64,000 nucleotides of DNA, from positions 1 to 64,000 of the forward strand of contig DXJF01000050.1 in assembly GCA_019057375.1 (NCBI GenBank), written 5' to 3'. Position numbers and translations under genes: made by a program. Of the stretch, positions 1 through 9,750 are shown one piece after another; within the stretch, counting starts at the first letter, position 1; each line of letters opens with the position of its first letter. This DNA is from Candidatus Heimdallarchaeota archaeon. GTDB lineage: Archaea > Asgardarchaeota > Heimdallarchaeia > Heimdallarchaeales > Heimdallarchaeaceae. The notes beneath the pieces were generated by a model. It worked only from the letters and a program-made list of their open reading frames with translations. It was not told the DNA's origin and did no database searches.

Positions 1-1557
1 AAATTCTAGAGGAAGAATAGTAATTTTTTCCTTAAAGACAACCACTTGTCCACCCTTTGATTCTTTAATAGCTTCAATAGCTTTCAACATAGAAGGATAA
101 TCTGTTCCCACACATATTAATTGATGACAATCATGTGCAACAGTACTAGCTATAGCACCTCCTTTAATTCCCAATCCTTTAACATAACCTTTACCGATTT
201 TTTGCTCAGCAGAGTGTCTGTTTATAACAACGATTGGTAAAATGTCATTTTCTAAGTCAGGAAGAATTACACCATTTTCAACTTTTAAAGTGTGTTTTGT
301 ATGGTCTGTTATTAGAGAGTGTTCATTTAAAGAAATTACTTTCACATTAACAGTTTCTATATCAGCTGTTTTTAGTTTTAAATCGTCAATTTCTGGAACT
401 TGAAGTTTTGTTAGAGTGTCTAGAATGAAATTTGGGTAAATGGGTTTTTTAAGATCATAATTAATTTTTCCTTTTTTTACCACAATTTTTCCAGCAATTA
501 TTACTAGTTCAACATTGAATTCTTGTAAATTATCTATCACAATCACGTCTGCATTCTTTCCAGGTCCTAAACTACCAATTTCATCATCTACTTTTAGATG
601 ATTTGCTGGATTTATCGTTAGCATCTGAATAGCTTTCAGAGGTTCAATTCCTGTATTAATGAGAAGGCGATAAGTATAATCAAGATGACCTTTTTGAAGT
701 AAATCTATTGGATTTCTATCATCTGATGAAATTAGAATATTTCGAGTATCTATTTCATAATTTTTTAATTCAGAGATTATATTGACCAAATCTTTGGCAA
801 ATGAACCTTCTCTTATTTGAAGTTTCATTCCTAAACGAAGTTTTTCTATAGCTTCATCAATTGATGATGCTTCATGATCTGAAGATATTCCGGATGCTAT
901 GTAAGCTTGAAGTTCCTTCCCTGAAAGTAGGGGAGCGTGACCTTCTATCATTTTATTGGTTTCTTTAGCTGCTTCAATTTTACTAATAACTTCATCAAAA
1001 CCAAGGTAAACTCCAGGATAATTCATCATTTCAGCTAAAGCAAAGATTTCATCTCTTTTCATCAATTCTTCAATATCTTTTGCAGTTATTTCACTACCAG
1101 ATGTTTCAAACCCAGGAAGGGATGGAACACAAGAAGGAGCTTCAACAAAATACCTGATTTTCTGCAATTTAACTTCATCCAGCAAAACATTTAACCCTTT
1201 CACGCCTGTAACATTCGCTACTTCATGAGGATCTATAACAGCAGCTGTTGTCCCATGAGTTATTACCAGTTTAGTAAATTCAGTTAAAGTTAACATCGAA
1301 GATTCTATATGTATGTGTGATTCTATCAAACCAGGACAAATGATTTTTCCATTTACATTAATAATGTTTGTATTCTCCCCTTCAAATTCATCAGTTTGAA
1401 GACCTACATGAACAATTTTCCCTCTTGTAACAACGATATCTCCTTCAAGAAGTTCTCTAGTAAACACATTAACATATTTTCCCCCACGTAAGATTATATC
1501 AGCCTTTGTTTTAGCCATAGCACTATCAATAATTTCCTTAGTTTTCATTGCTAACAT
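1..1557 (-). CDS. ade: Adenine deaminase (runs off window start)
   Basis: Own translation MLAMKTKEIIDSAMAKTKADIILRGGKYVNVFTRELLEGD...PGLIESHIHIESSM...DPHEVANV (amidohydrolase HxH); GGAGGAGG SD upstream of ATG 1557. Confidence 0.93.
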   Translation of the reverse strand, partial: MLAMKTKEIIDSAMAKTKADIILRGGKYVNVFTRELLEGDIVVTRGKIVHVGLQTDEFEGENTNIINVNGKIICPGLIESHIHIESSMLTLTEFTKLVITHGTTAAVIDPHEVANVTGVKGLNVLLDEVKLQKIRYFVEAPSCVPSLPGFETSGSEITAKDIEELMKRDEIFALAEMMNYPGVYLGFDEVISKIEAAKETNKMIEGHAPLLSGKELQAYIASGISSDHEASSIDEAIEKLRLGMKLQIREGSFAKDLVNIISELKNYEIDTRNILISSDDRNPIDLLQKGHLDYTYRLLINTGIEPLKAIQMLTINPANHLKVDDEIGSLGPGKNADVIVIDNLQEFNVELVIIAGKIVVKKGKINYDLKKPIYPNFILDTLTKLQVPEIDDLKLKTADIETVNVKVISLNEHSLITDHTKHTLKVENGVILPDLENDILPIVVINRHSAEQKIGKGYVKGLGIKGGAIASTVAHDCHQLICVGTDYPSMLKAIEAIKESKGGQVVVFKEKITILPLEF

Positions 1558-1660
1558 TCGATTATTTCTCCTCCTCCATTATAAATTTTCAGAATTCTAT
1601 CTATAAAATTATAGATTTATCTTTCCCAAAAGGTTTTTTACACTAGTAATTAATTTTGAA

Positions 1661-2533
1661 ATGAACATATTGAAAATAAAAGTAATAACAGACTCTGCAG
1701 CAGATTTGCCAAACGAGTTAAAGGAGAAGTATCAGATTTCATCTGTTCCACATGTAGTATTCTTCGAAGAAAAACCATGGAAACTTGGTGTTGATATATC
1801 AATAGAAGATTTCTATTTACGTCTAAAAGATTCTAAGTTCCTTCCATCATCTGCAAATCCAGAAGCAGCAGATTTTCTAAAATTAATTGAAGAGAGTCTC
1901 GCAAAGAAAAATTATGATCATGTCTTCTGTATTTCAGTAGCACAAGAGCTCAGCAGTTCAACATTTTCAGCATATAGACTTGCAACTAAAAAGTTTGAAG
2001 ATAAAACAACCATTATCAATACAGAATCAGCTTCTGGCGTTCAAGGGTTAATGGCTCTTTATATCTCCGAATTAGCTCAAAAGGGAAAAAATATTGAAGA
2101 AATAATAGAAATCATCGAGAACTTAAAGAAAAAATATTATCTCAATGTTGGGTTTCACACCTTAGATAATGTCTATAAATCAGGAAGAATTAAATCAAAA
2201 TCAATTCTTTACTTAACTAAAATGATGGGTGTTAAACCCATTGCTCAAATGGAAAGACCAGGAAAACTAGTATCATCAATACCTGTATTTTTTAGTAAGA
2301 AAGGAATGCTGAGGAAATTACTGAAACTTGCAATAAAAGGAACAGAAGAAAACATCAGGTATGATTTAGTGATTTCCCATGTTGAGAATTTTAAAGGAGC
2401 TCAATATATCTCAGAAAAACTAAAGAAAGCTAGAAATATTAATAGAGACTTTATAACATCTGCATCGCCTATTATTGGAAGTAGCACCGGAATGGGCACA
2501 ATTATTGTTTCCTTACTTCCTTCTTTAGAGTAA
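1661..2533 (+). CDS. DegV family (FakB-like) fatty-acid-binding protein
   Basis: ITDSAADLP, ESASGVQG, SGRI, KPI, ISHV motifs; 290 aa. Confidence 0.9.
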   Translation: MNILKIKVITDSAADLPNELKEKYQISSVPHVVFFEEKPWKLGVDISIEDFYLRLKDSKFLPSSANPEAADFLKLIEESLAKKNYDHVFCISVAQELSSSTFSAYRLATKKFEDKTTIINTESASGVQGLMALYISELAQKGKNIEEIIEIIENLKKKYYLNVGFHTLDNVYKSGRIKSKSILYLTKMMGVKPIAQMERPGKLVSSIPVFFSKKGMLRKLLKLAIKGTEENIRYDLVISHVENFKGAQYISEKLKKARNINRDFITSASPIIGSSTGMGTIIVSLLPSLE

Positions 2534-2549
2534 AGCTTTGAAAAATATT

Positions 2550-3389
2550 CTATCTACCTAGTTCCTGGAGAAATTCGTTAAATTTCTCTGCCATTATTTC
2601 TTCATTACCCATCTGTATTCTATGTAAATCAGCTTTTAATTCAACAATTTTTGAGTTTTTGTTATTTAGGAACTTCTTAGAAGTTTCAGGATCAACGAAA
2701 TAATCTTCTTCTCCCACAAACATTAACATTGGAATTTCTATTTCATTTAGTCTTCCTTGAACAGAATAGTTGATTACAAACTCAAATACATATCTTCGAA
2801 GACACCATGCATCATTCTCTTTCAACTGCTTTGCAGCCCATCTCACATTTTGTGTTTCTTCTGGTTTTTTGAATTTCAGCATTAAATTCATGAAGAAAAT
2901 AATCATTTTTTGGAAAAAAGCCATAATAAAGGAGGGTAACAAACCTAAAGCAGGTAACCAGAAAGGAGTTTTATATTTGTCCTGAGGGCTAATTGCAGCA
3001 ATCAAATCTGGTTTTAGACCGTCTTCATTTATATAGTAATTGAATACTTGAGAGGCTCCTGAACAGCTTCCAAAAAGAATAAACTCTTTCTCATTTAATT
3101 TAAGAGCTTGAATTATGTTCCTTAGTTCTTCATTATATGCATCAGGAGTGAAAAATCCCTTTTTATGAGGTGTTTTAGATTTCCCAAAACCTCTTGGTTC
3201 ATAGAGATAGATATTACCATAATTTGAAAGATTTATAGCCAATTTATTAAATTCATCAATTGTACTTAACCAACCAGGAATAATTATTACATGACGAGAT
3301 TTATATTTCTCATTTTGTGTGTAGAACCTAGCAACTCTCACCTCGATTATTGGATCATCTTTGGTTTGAATAAATTCTATTTCAGTCAT
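2550..3389 (-). CDS. Alpha/beta hydrolase, GxCxG nucleophile elbow
   Basis: IIPGW, YEPRGFGKS, FGSCSG, GEEDYF, LHR. Confidence 0.85.
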   Translation of the reverse strand: MTEIEFIQTKDDPIIEVRVARFYTQNEKYKSRHVIIIPGWLSTIDEFNKLAINLSNYGNIYLYEPRGFGKSKTPHKKGFFTPDAYNEELRNIIQALKLNEKEFILFGSCSGASQVFNYYINEDGLKPDLIAAISPQDKYKTPFWLPALGLLPSFIMAFFQKMIIFFMNLMLKFKKPEETQNVRWAAKQLKENDAWCLRRYVFEFVINYSVQGRLNEIEIPMLMFVGEEDYFVDPETSKKFLNNKNSKIVELKADLHRIQMGNEEIMAEKFNEFLQELGR

Positions 3390-3474
3390 TAAATGTGAAA
3401 TACACTAAGGTATTATATGGATTTCCTTAGGAAGACCTAGATTCACTGAAAAAGTGAAAAGAAGAAGAAATTGT

Positions 3475-4143
3475 CTATTCAGGATTCTCTTTGTGACAGA
3501 GCCACCAATCAAGACAAGTTATTGAGTCGTCAGCTAGTCTTTTCTTTGCTGTTACAACATCAGAAGCGGGAGGAACTATAACATGGTCACCAAAAAGCTC
3601 ATTATTAGGCCAATTTGCTGGCATGGCTACATCATGTTTAGTAGCTACCTTCAAAGCCTTAATCATTCTAACTAGTTCTTTCATATTTCTTCCTAGTTCT
3701 GAAGGATAATAGAGAATTGCTCTGATGATCATCTTTGGATCAATAATGAAAACAGCACGTACTGTATTACTACCTTTTGCATGTAGCATTCCTAATTGTC
3801 TTGATATTTCCCCATGATCTGCAATTATTGGGAATTTAATTTCTACATTCAAATTTTCTTTAATCCAATCTACCCATTTAATGTGACTATAAACTTGATC
3901 AATACTTAAACCTAATAGCTCAACATTCATTGCTTGAAATTCATCATAATGTTTCTGGAAAGAAACAAATTCAGTGGTACAAACTGGTGTGTAATCAGCG
4001 GGATGACTGAAAAGAATTAACCATTTACCTTCATAATCACCAGGTAATTTCTTCATACCATGTGTTGTATTTACAACCATTTTTGGAAATCTTGTACTAA
4101 TTAAGGGGATTTTCCCAGTTTCTTCATACTCTTTAAGAGACAT
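3475..4143 (-). CDS. Peroxiredoxin (Prx6/archaeal TPx type)
   Basis: [13 protein letters not shown] and C-terminal CLDWWLC; likely start ATG 4143 (MSLKEY) rather than 4197. Confidence 0.95.
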   Translation of the reverse strand: MSLKEYEETGKIPLISTRFPKMVVNTTHGMKKLPGDYEGKWLILFSHPADYTPVCTTEFVSFQKHYDEFQAMNVELLGLSIDQVYSHIKWVDWIKENLNVEIKFPIIADHGEISRQLGMLHAKGSNTVRAVFIIDPKMIIRAILYYPSELGRNMKELVRMIKALKVATKHDVAMPANWPNNELFGDHVIVPPASDVVTAKKRLADDSITCLDWWLCHKENPE

Positions 4144-4203
4144 TTTATCACTACTTTGCAGAATGAATATCTTTTTATAAATCTTTCTGAATATCAAAGC
4201 ATT
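4144..4203. promoter_or_regulatory. Short divergent promoter shared by prx and lrpA
   Basis: 60-bp gap between the likely starts, with a central palindromic TTTATAAA TATA-like element. Confidence 0.4.
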
Positions 4204-4656
4204 ATGGTTCGATTATCAAACCACTTAAATCTCAAAAATAAAATTGCAGATGTGGATATTATCAAAATTCTTATAGACGATGGACGTAGAACTTTTGTTG
4301 AAATTGCTAAAGATTTAGAGGTTACTGAAACTGCAATACGAAAACGAGTTAGACGCATGGAAAACGAAGGTATCATCCAAGGTTACACAGTTGAAATAAA
4401 TCCTAGAAAGCTTGGATATGGTATTAAGGCTATAATAGGCATTGATACAACACCACAAAAATATATATCCACTATCCAAAAACTAAAACGAGACGCAGAT
4501 ATCTTAAGAATCTATTCCTCAAGTGGAGACCATATGATTATGCTTGAGTGTTGGTTTGAAAACGACGATGAATTAGCTTCCTTTATGTCCAAAATAGAAA
4601 CAATGGATGGTATAACTGACTTATGCCCAGCCATAATTACAGATATAATCAAGTAA
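4204..4656 (+). CDS. lrpA: Lrp/AsnC family regulator, archaeal LrpA-like
   Basis: [41 protein letters not shown] as in Thermococcales LrpA; start uncertain. Confidence 0.88.
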   Translation: MVRLSNHLNLKNKIADVDIIKILIDDGRRTFVEIAKDLEVTETAIRKRVRRMENEGIIQGYTVEINPRKLGYGIKAIIGIDTTPQKYISTIQKLKRDADILRIYSSSGDHMIMLECWFENDDELASFMSKIETMDGITDLCPAIITDIIK

Positions 4657-4683
4657 ATCAAGAATATCACAAATAACTTCTTA

Positions 4684-5367
4684 TTATAAATCTAAGAGGT
4701 TGCCTCTATTCTCATCTTGAGCTTTTTTACTCACAATAATCGCTTTAATCAATCCATAAACAATGTTAAATCTTGGAACTGCTTTGGAATATACTTTGTA
4801 TGGATATCCATACAGCTCTTTGAAAAAAGTGTCTTTTTCTAACGAAGAAAGCATGAAAATCAACAAAGCAACACCAGCAAGTAAATTAGACAACAGTGAA
4901 TGTATATAGAATATTAGGGATATTGAAATAAGCATCATACCTAAAGATACTGGATATCGGATGTACGCAAAGATAAGGAGATTTGTGAATCTATTCAGAT
5001 TTTCTGTCCCTCTTCTTCTAACCCATCGACGACTAGAAGATAGAGTACCCCCTAAAATGAAGACCATTGAAAGAAGGGCTAAGGTTAAACTCAATGATAA
5101 GTAGACGATTTCTTCACTTCCTACATAGTAAATATAAGAATATGAGCCAGTTAGAGTTAAAGATAATATAAGTAGAGCAAAACCTAAGACTTGCAAATAT
5201 TCATATCTTATTCCACGGGATATAGCAATAATAGCTCTTATGAAAACTAGAAAGGAAAGAATACCTATTAAGGTCCAGAATATTCTAGGGTCTATCACAA
5301 TAGTTAATTTTCTTCCTTGTTCTTGAGTTTTTCTACTTTCTAATAAGTAACAATTTTTATTAATCAA
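4684..5367 (-). CDS. Isoprenylcysteine-carboxyl/phospholipid methyltransferase (ICMT/PEMT) family membrane protein
   Basis: Multi-TM; YAYIRYP and EK..FKELYGYPY..Y...VPRF C-terminal pattern. Confidence 0.7.
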   Translation of the reverse strand: MINKNCYLLESRKTQEQGRKLTIVIDPRIFWTLIGILSFLVFIRAIIAISRGIRYEYLQVLGFALLILSLTLTGSYSYIYYVGSEEIVYLSLSLTLALLSMVFILGGTLSSSRRWVRRRGTENLNRFTNLLIFAYIRYPVSLGMMLISISLIFYIHSLLSNLLAGVALLIFMLSSLEKDTFFKELYGYPYKVYSKAVPRFNIVYGLIKAIIVSKKAQDENRGNLLDL

Positions 5368-5384
5368 GTATTATTCATTTTTTT

Positions 5385-6119
5385 ATGAGCGATATTTCTT
5401 CAATCAGCTTTCTTTTAATACATGGTTTTACTGGAACGCATTTTGAAATGGAACCTTTAGCTGAATTTCTTGAAAAACAAGGTTATGTAATAGAAAATAT
5501 AACTCTGCCTGGACATGAAACATCAATTGAGGATCTTAATAAAACCAAATGGACAGATTGGATTAATTACGCTCAAACACAACTAGATATTTTAAAAGAA
5601 AAATACAAGAGAGTATATGTTTGTGGCCTCTCAATGGGATCAGCTATTACTTTGGTATTGGGGGCAAGAAATAATGATTTAGCAGGTATTATATCAATGG
5701 CTGCACCATATAAAGCACCTGATTGGAGAATGTATCTTATTGTTGCAGTCCCTTTTCTAGGTTTAATATACCCCAAGCATAAAGATAAGGAAAGGGGGTG
5801 GGAGAATTTGGAATCACTTTCAACTCACAAGAGCTATGGTTACTACCCAATAAGAAGTATTAAACAGCTTTACAAACTTCTTAAAGAAGTGAAAAGATCG
5901 ATCCCTAAAATCGAGGTACCAATACTTGTAATCCAGAGTAAAAAAGACCTAAGTGTTCCTTCTAATCATGCTGAATACATCTTCGACATGGTTAAATCAA
6001 TTGATAAAACTCTAGTATGGATAGACAAAGGTGGTCATGTCATTCCCAAAGATGCAGGACGATACCAGCTCTTTAAAGAAATAGAAGAATGGATGAAAAA
6101 CAGAGTTAATAGGAATTAG
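5385..6119 (+). CDS. Carboxylesterase / monoacylglycerol lipase-like alpha/beta hydrolase
   Basis: IHGFTG, TLPGH, GLSMG (Ser nucleophile), KDLSVP, GGHVI. Confidence 0.9.
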   Translation: MSDISSISFLLIHGFTGTHFEMEPLAEFLEKQGYVIENITLPGHETSIEDLNKTKWTDWINYAQTQLDILKEKYKRVYVCGLSMGSAITLVLGARNNDLAGIISMAAPYKAPDWRMYLIVAVPFLGLIYPKHKDKERGWENLESLSTHKSYGYYPIRSIKQLYKLLKEVKRSIPKIEVPILVIQSKKDLSVPSNHAEYIFDMVKSIDKTLVWIDKGGHVIPKDAGRYQLFKEIEEWMKNRVNRN

Positions 6120-6154
6120 AGTCGTTTCTTTGAATAAAAAGGTCATTAGAGATT

Positions 6155-6988
6155 CTAAATTGTTTTGATGAAACGTTCAATGTTTTCAACAATTGTATCT
6201 TCATTCCCCACAATAAATCGGTGAACATCACCGAAACTTACTACTTCTGATTTTTGATGAAAATTAGCAAGTTTCCTAGAGTTTTCAGGGTCAGTAAACC
6301 AATCTTTATCTGCTATTAGGATTAGTTGTGGTATATCAAGTTCTTCTTCTCTTCCACGGATATCAAAGCGATGAACAAATTCAATTAATATTCTAAGTTG
6401 TGCAAACAAATTTGTTTCATTAAATCTTCTAAGTGAATATGCTATATTTTTTATATCATCTGGACTCTTTCGTTTTATGTATGCTTTTAAAATGAACATT
6501 ATTATTTTATAACAAAACCACAGTAGAGGATATGGAAAAAGATTTAGAACGTTAAACCACCATTTTGTTTTGAATTTTGATTCAGGACTTGCAACCAACA
6601 ATGCTCTTGGATTTGGTCCCTTTTTATCGACATAGTATTGATAAGCAATAGCAGCACCAGCACAACTTCCCCACAAAAAAAATTCTTTCCCTTCCAGCTT
6701 ATAGTGAGAAATAATTTTTGCTAATTCTTCAGCCATTTTGTTTACATTGTATTGTCCTCGTTTTTTAGGAGCTGATGATTTTCCATAACCTTTAGGTTCA
6801 TACATTATTACATTAAAGATCTTCTGAAAAGATTGTAAAAGAGGCAATCGTGCATCTATAGTATCTAGCCAACCTGGTATCACAATGATAGTTTTGTCTC
6901 CATTTTCTTGATTTGGACCAGGAAGATATCGATGTCTTAGTTGAACATAGGGTTTGTTTGAAACTAGAAGGTAGTTATCATCCATCAA
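6155..6988 (-). CDS. Alpha/beta hydrolase, GxCxG elbow; paralog of 2550..3389
   Basis: VIPGW, YEPKGYGKS, WGSCAG, ADKDWF, VHR. Confidence 0.85.
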   Translation of the reverse strand: MMDDNYLLVSNKPYVQLRHRYLPGPNQENGDKTIIVIPGWLDTIDARLPLLQSFQKIFNVIMYEPKGYGKSSAPKKRGQYNVNKMAEELAKIISHYKLEGKEFFLWGSCAGAAIAYQYYVDKKGPNPRALLVASPESKFKTKWWFNVLNLFPYPLLWFCYKIIMFILKAYIKRKSPDDIKNIAYSLRRFNETNLFAQLRILIEFVHRFDIRGREEELDIPQLILIADKDWFTDPENSRKLANFHQKSEVVSFGDVHRFIVGNEDTIVENIERFIKTI

Positions 6989-7118
6989 ATAGGCATTTTA
7001 ATATCTATTAATAAACAATTCTGAATCTTCCAATTGTGAATTTTGATAAGCGAATTTACGAGATTACAGAAGAGGTTTGCTAGAAAAATTTAAAATTTCA
7101 TTATAAACTTCAATTGAT

Positions 7119-7958
7119 GTGAAAGTCAAAGTTATCGTTGATAGTTGCGGTGATATATCTGATGATATTTTGAAGAAATACGATATCGGTATGGTACCAC
7201 TTAATATTGAACTTGGTGAAATATTAAGAGATAGAGTAGACATTTCTCCTCAAGAATATTACGCAAAAATTTACGAATACAACCTTCCCAACACTTCTGC
7301 TCCTAATTTAGCTCAATGGAAAGAACATTTTGAAGAACATCTTAATAATGGTTATGACAAAATTATTGTTTCAACTCTTTCTAGCAAGCTTTCAAATACT
7401 TATCAACAAGCGTGTGTAGCTGCTAAGAAATTTCATCCGAATGAAGTCAAAATTATTGATTCTCTCAATGCTTCAGCTGGAGAGGGATTGTTAGCAATTA
7501 GATTAAGTGAGCTTCTTCAAGAAGGTAGGGAAGTTGATGAGAGCATAAAAATCATAGAAAACTTACGTTCTAAAGTTGTTCAAATAGGATATATGGATTC
7601 TCTAAAAATGCTTGTAAAATCTGGACGTATAAGTAAAGCATCTGAATTCTTTGCTTCTTTAGGTAGAATGAAACCCATGATTATCACAGAAGAGGGAGAA
7701 AATAAACCATTAGGGAAAGTAATAAGTCTAAAAAATGCTAGGAAAAAAGCAGTAGAAGAGATAATAGAGAGAACAGATAAGAATCAGTCGTATTCACTTT
7801 TCATCACTCATGCTGAGGGTATTGAAGAAGCTGAAAAATTAAGAACTGAAATCAAAAAATCAGTTAAAATTAGTAAATCATTTATAGGTTACATGGGTCC
7901 AGTTGTTGGAAGTAGGGTTGGCTTAAATGCACAGTTAATTGCTGTGATTCCAGATTAG
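7119..7958 (+). CDS. DegV family fatty-acid-binding protein
   Basis: IVDSCGDI, TSAPN, LSNTY, DSLNASAGEG, SGRIS, THA. Confidence 0.92.
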   Translation: MKVKVIVDSCGDISDDILKKYDIGMVPLNIELGEILRDRVDISPQEYYAKIYEYNLPNTSAPNLAQWKEHFEEHLNNGYDKIIVSTLSSKLSNTYQQACVAAKKFHPNEVKIIDSLNASAGEGLLAIRLSELLQEGREVDESIKIIENLRSKVVQIGYMDSLKMLVKSGRISKASEFFASLGRMKPMIITEEGENKPLGKVISLKNARKKAVEEIIERTDKNQSYSLFITHAEGIEEAEKLRTEIKKSVKISKSFIGYMGPVVGSRVGLNAQLIAVIPD

Positions 7959-7965
7959 AAAAATA

Positions 7966-9036
7966 CTATCCTTTGTTCTGGCTCAAGATGATTTTTCTTA
8001 GTTCCAATATATCACTTAGAATTAGATATATTGCATTGTCAAGTGTTCTAAATACATCTCCAACTGAAATCATCAATTTAAGATTCTTCCTATTTTCACA
8101 TTCTTGAAATAGGTACTTCTTCTTTTCTAAAGATAATTGCTCTGCTCTCTCTGTAGTCACAAGAAAGATTTTCGCATTACTGTCTTGTTTAAACATGGTG
8201 TCTATGTTATCAATATGCTTTTGACAACTTCCCTCTTCTTCGCAAGAAGCTATGTATACATAATAATCCATTTCTCTAAAGAAATCTATACCTTCAATCA
8301 TTTCTAAATCAAAAAGTAAAGTTAAAACTATCCTCATAAAGTAAGTATCAATTCTTGTAATGAACTCGTTTCTATCTAGCTGATAGATAAAATCTATGTT
8401 CTGATAGTGGAAAAGTGATTGAATAATCAGATTATATGATAATGTATCAGAGGAAATAATTCCAATTTTTGTTCTACGGTTTAATAGGTGAGATATTTGT
8501 TGTATTGTATTAAATCGTGAAGCGATATCTCTTACAATATCCTCAATGCTTTTAGATTTAATCTGATCATCAAGAATAACATTTTCAATTAACACTTCAC
8601 TCAATTTGAGCAGCTCTTCATCTCTCACTTCTGCAACATCTTGAAATTCTTGAAGAAAAATATCTACAGTTGTGAATATCTGACTGTGCCCGAATTTTAC
8701 CTTTTCATCACATTCTTTTTTGTAAAAAATAAGCAATTGACAAAAAGATAATACATTTTTATCTTTGGTTCGTGGTTCACGAACCAATGAATCATACTTT
8801 CTGAAAGTAACTATTAACAAGTGATATTTCTCATGATGTGGAATAGGTAAAGGACCATATATTTCTAGATGCGGAGATGATGCTGAAACTACAGGACTGT
8901 AGAAGTTTCCAATTCCTATTATTTCTTCGTTTGAGACATCAGGAATAGGATTAGTACATCTTAGAGTCATTCCAGTCTCATCTAGGACTAATAGGGCTAT
9001 ATACGGTACAAATAAAGGAGATGACATGTTTACCAA
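7966..9036 (-). CDS. Hypothetical: longin/uDENN-like N-domain + degenerate small-GTPase-like C-domain
   Basis: Shares YGP(L/F)P and F...D....(D/E)xR pattern with 36015..37031; C-half has alternating beta/alpha pattern without an intact P-loop. Confidence 0.5.
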   Translation of the reverse strand: MVNMSSPLFVPYIALLVLDETGMTLRCTNPIPDVSNEEIIGIGNFYSPVVSASSPHLEIYGPLPIPHHEKYHLLIVTFRKYDSLVREPRTKDKNVLSFCQLLIFYKKECDEKVKFGHSQIFTTVDIFLQEFQDVAEVRDEELLKLSEVLIENVILDDQIKSKSIEDIVRDIASRFNTIQQISHLLNRRTKIGIISSDTLSYNLIIQSLFHYQNIDFIYQLDRNEFITRIDTYFMRIVLTLLFDLEMIEGIDFFREMDYYVYIASCEEEGSCQKHIDNIDTMFKQDSNAKIFLVTTERAEQLSLEKKKYLFQECENRKNLKLMISVGDVFRTLDNAIYLILSDILELRKIILSQNKG

Positions 9037-9088
9037 ATTGTTTCTTGCTTATTTATCAAGAAATTAACTGAAATAAAAACTATTTGCA

Positions 9089-9658
9089 TCAAGGTTGAGA
9101 TTTTTCCAGATAATCTCTATAAACTTGTTCTGTTGTAATCCTTGATTTTCGAGGACTTCTTTCCAGAATAGTGAAGACGAATACAAAAACCAAAATTAAT
9201 CGACAGAGACGAATTAAATGATACCCTATACTGGCTCTAAATATTACGGTCTCTACAATTGCTTTCTGAAAACCATAATACAGGATATTATATTGAAGCA
9301 TAACTGTTGAACTGAAAGGTAATTGGAAGAAAAGACTCTGCTGCCAGAAAATGTAAGGAGTTAATCGAACATTAACAGACAATTCCATAGCATAAGCCAT
9401 CAAAAAGCCAATAATAACCAAAAGAAGTCTAAATGGTCTGAAATCTGATTTACGAATGAATTTCATCCCTTCAAACCATTTGATATCATGAGCAGCTACT
9501 ATGAAAGTAACAACAACAAAAATCCATAGAGGAGGAGATTCTTGAATATCAATCCAAGTTTGAGCATATCCTTGTGTATCAAAGAAAACGGGTGTTAATA
9601 AACTTAAGAACGCCGTCATGCATGCTACAAGTGATAAGGAGGATGAAAGTCTCATCAA
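9089..9658 (-). CDS. Hypothetical membrane protein
   Basis: 189-aa ORF with about 4 hydrophobic segments. Confidence 0.65.
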   Translation of the reverse strand: MMRLSSSLSLVACMTAFLSLLTPVFFDTQGYAQTWIDIQESPPLWIFVVVTFIVAAHDIKWFEGMKFIRKSDFRPFRLLLVIIGFLMAYAMELSVNVRLTPYIFWQQSLFFQLPFSSTVMLQYNILYYGFQKAIVETVIFRASIGYHLIRLCRLILVFVFVFTILERSPRKSRITTEQVYRDYLEKSQP

Positions 9659-9750
9659 AAAAGAGTATTTGGGAGTACTTATATACTTTCCTTTTTCCTC
9701 GAATCAAAAATATCATAACTCCACAAATTTAAATATTACATTAATAAGGT

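Noticed and set aside
4156-4197. Apparent head-to-head overlap of prx and lrpA ORFs
   Set aside because: Resolved by downstream ATGs (4143 and 4204), which leave a 60-bp gap
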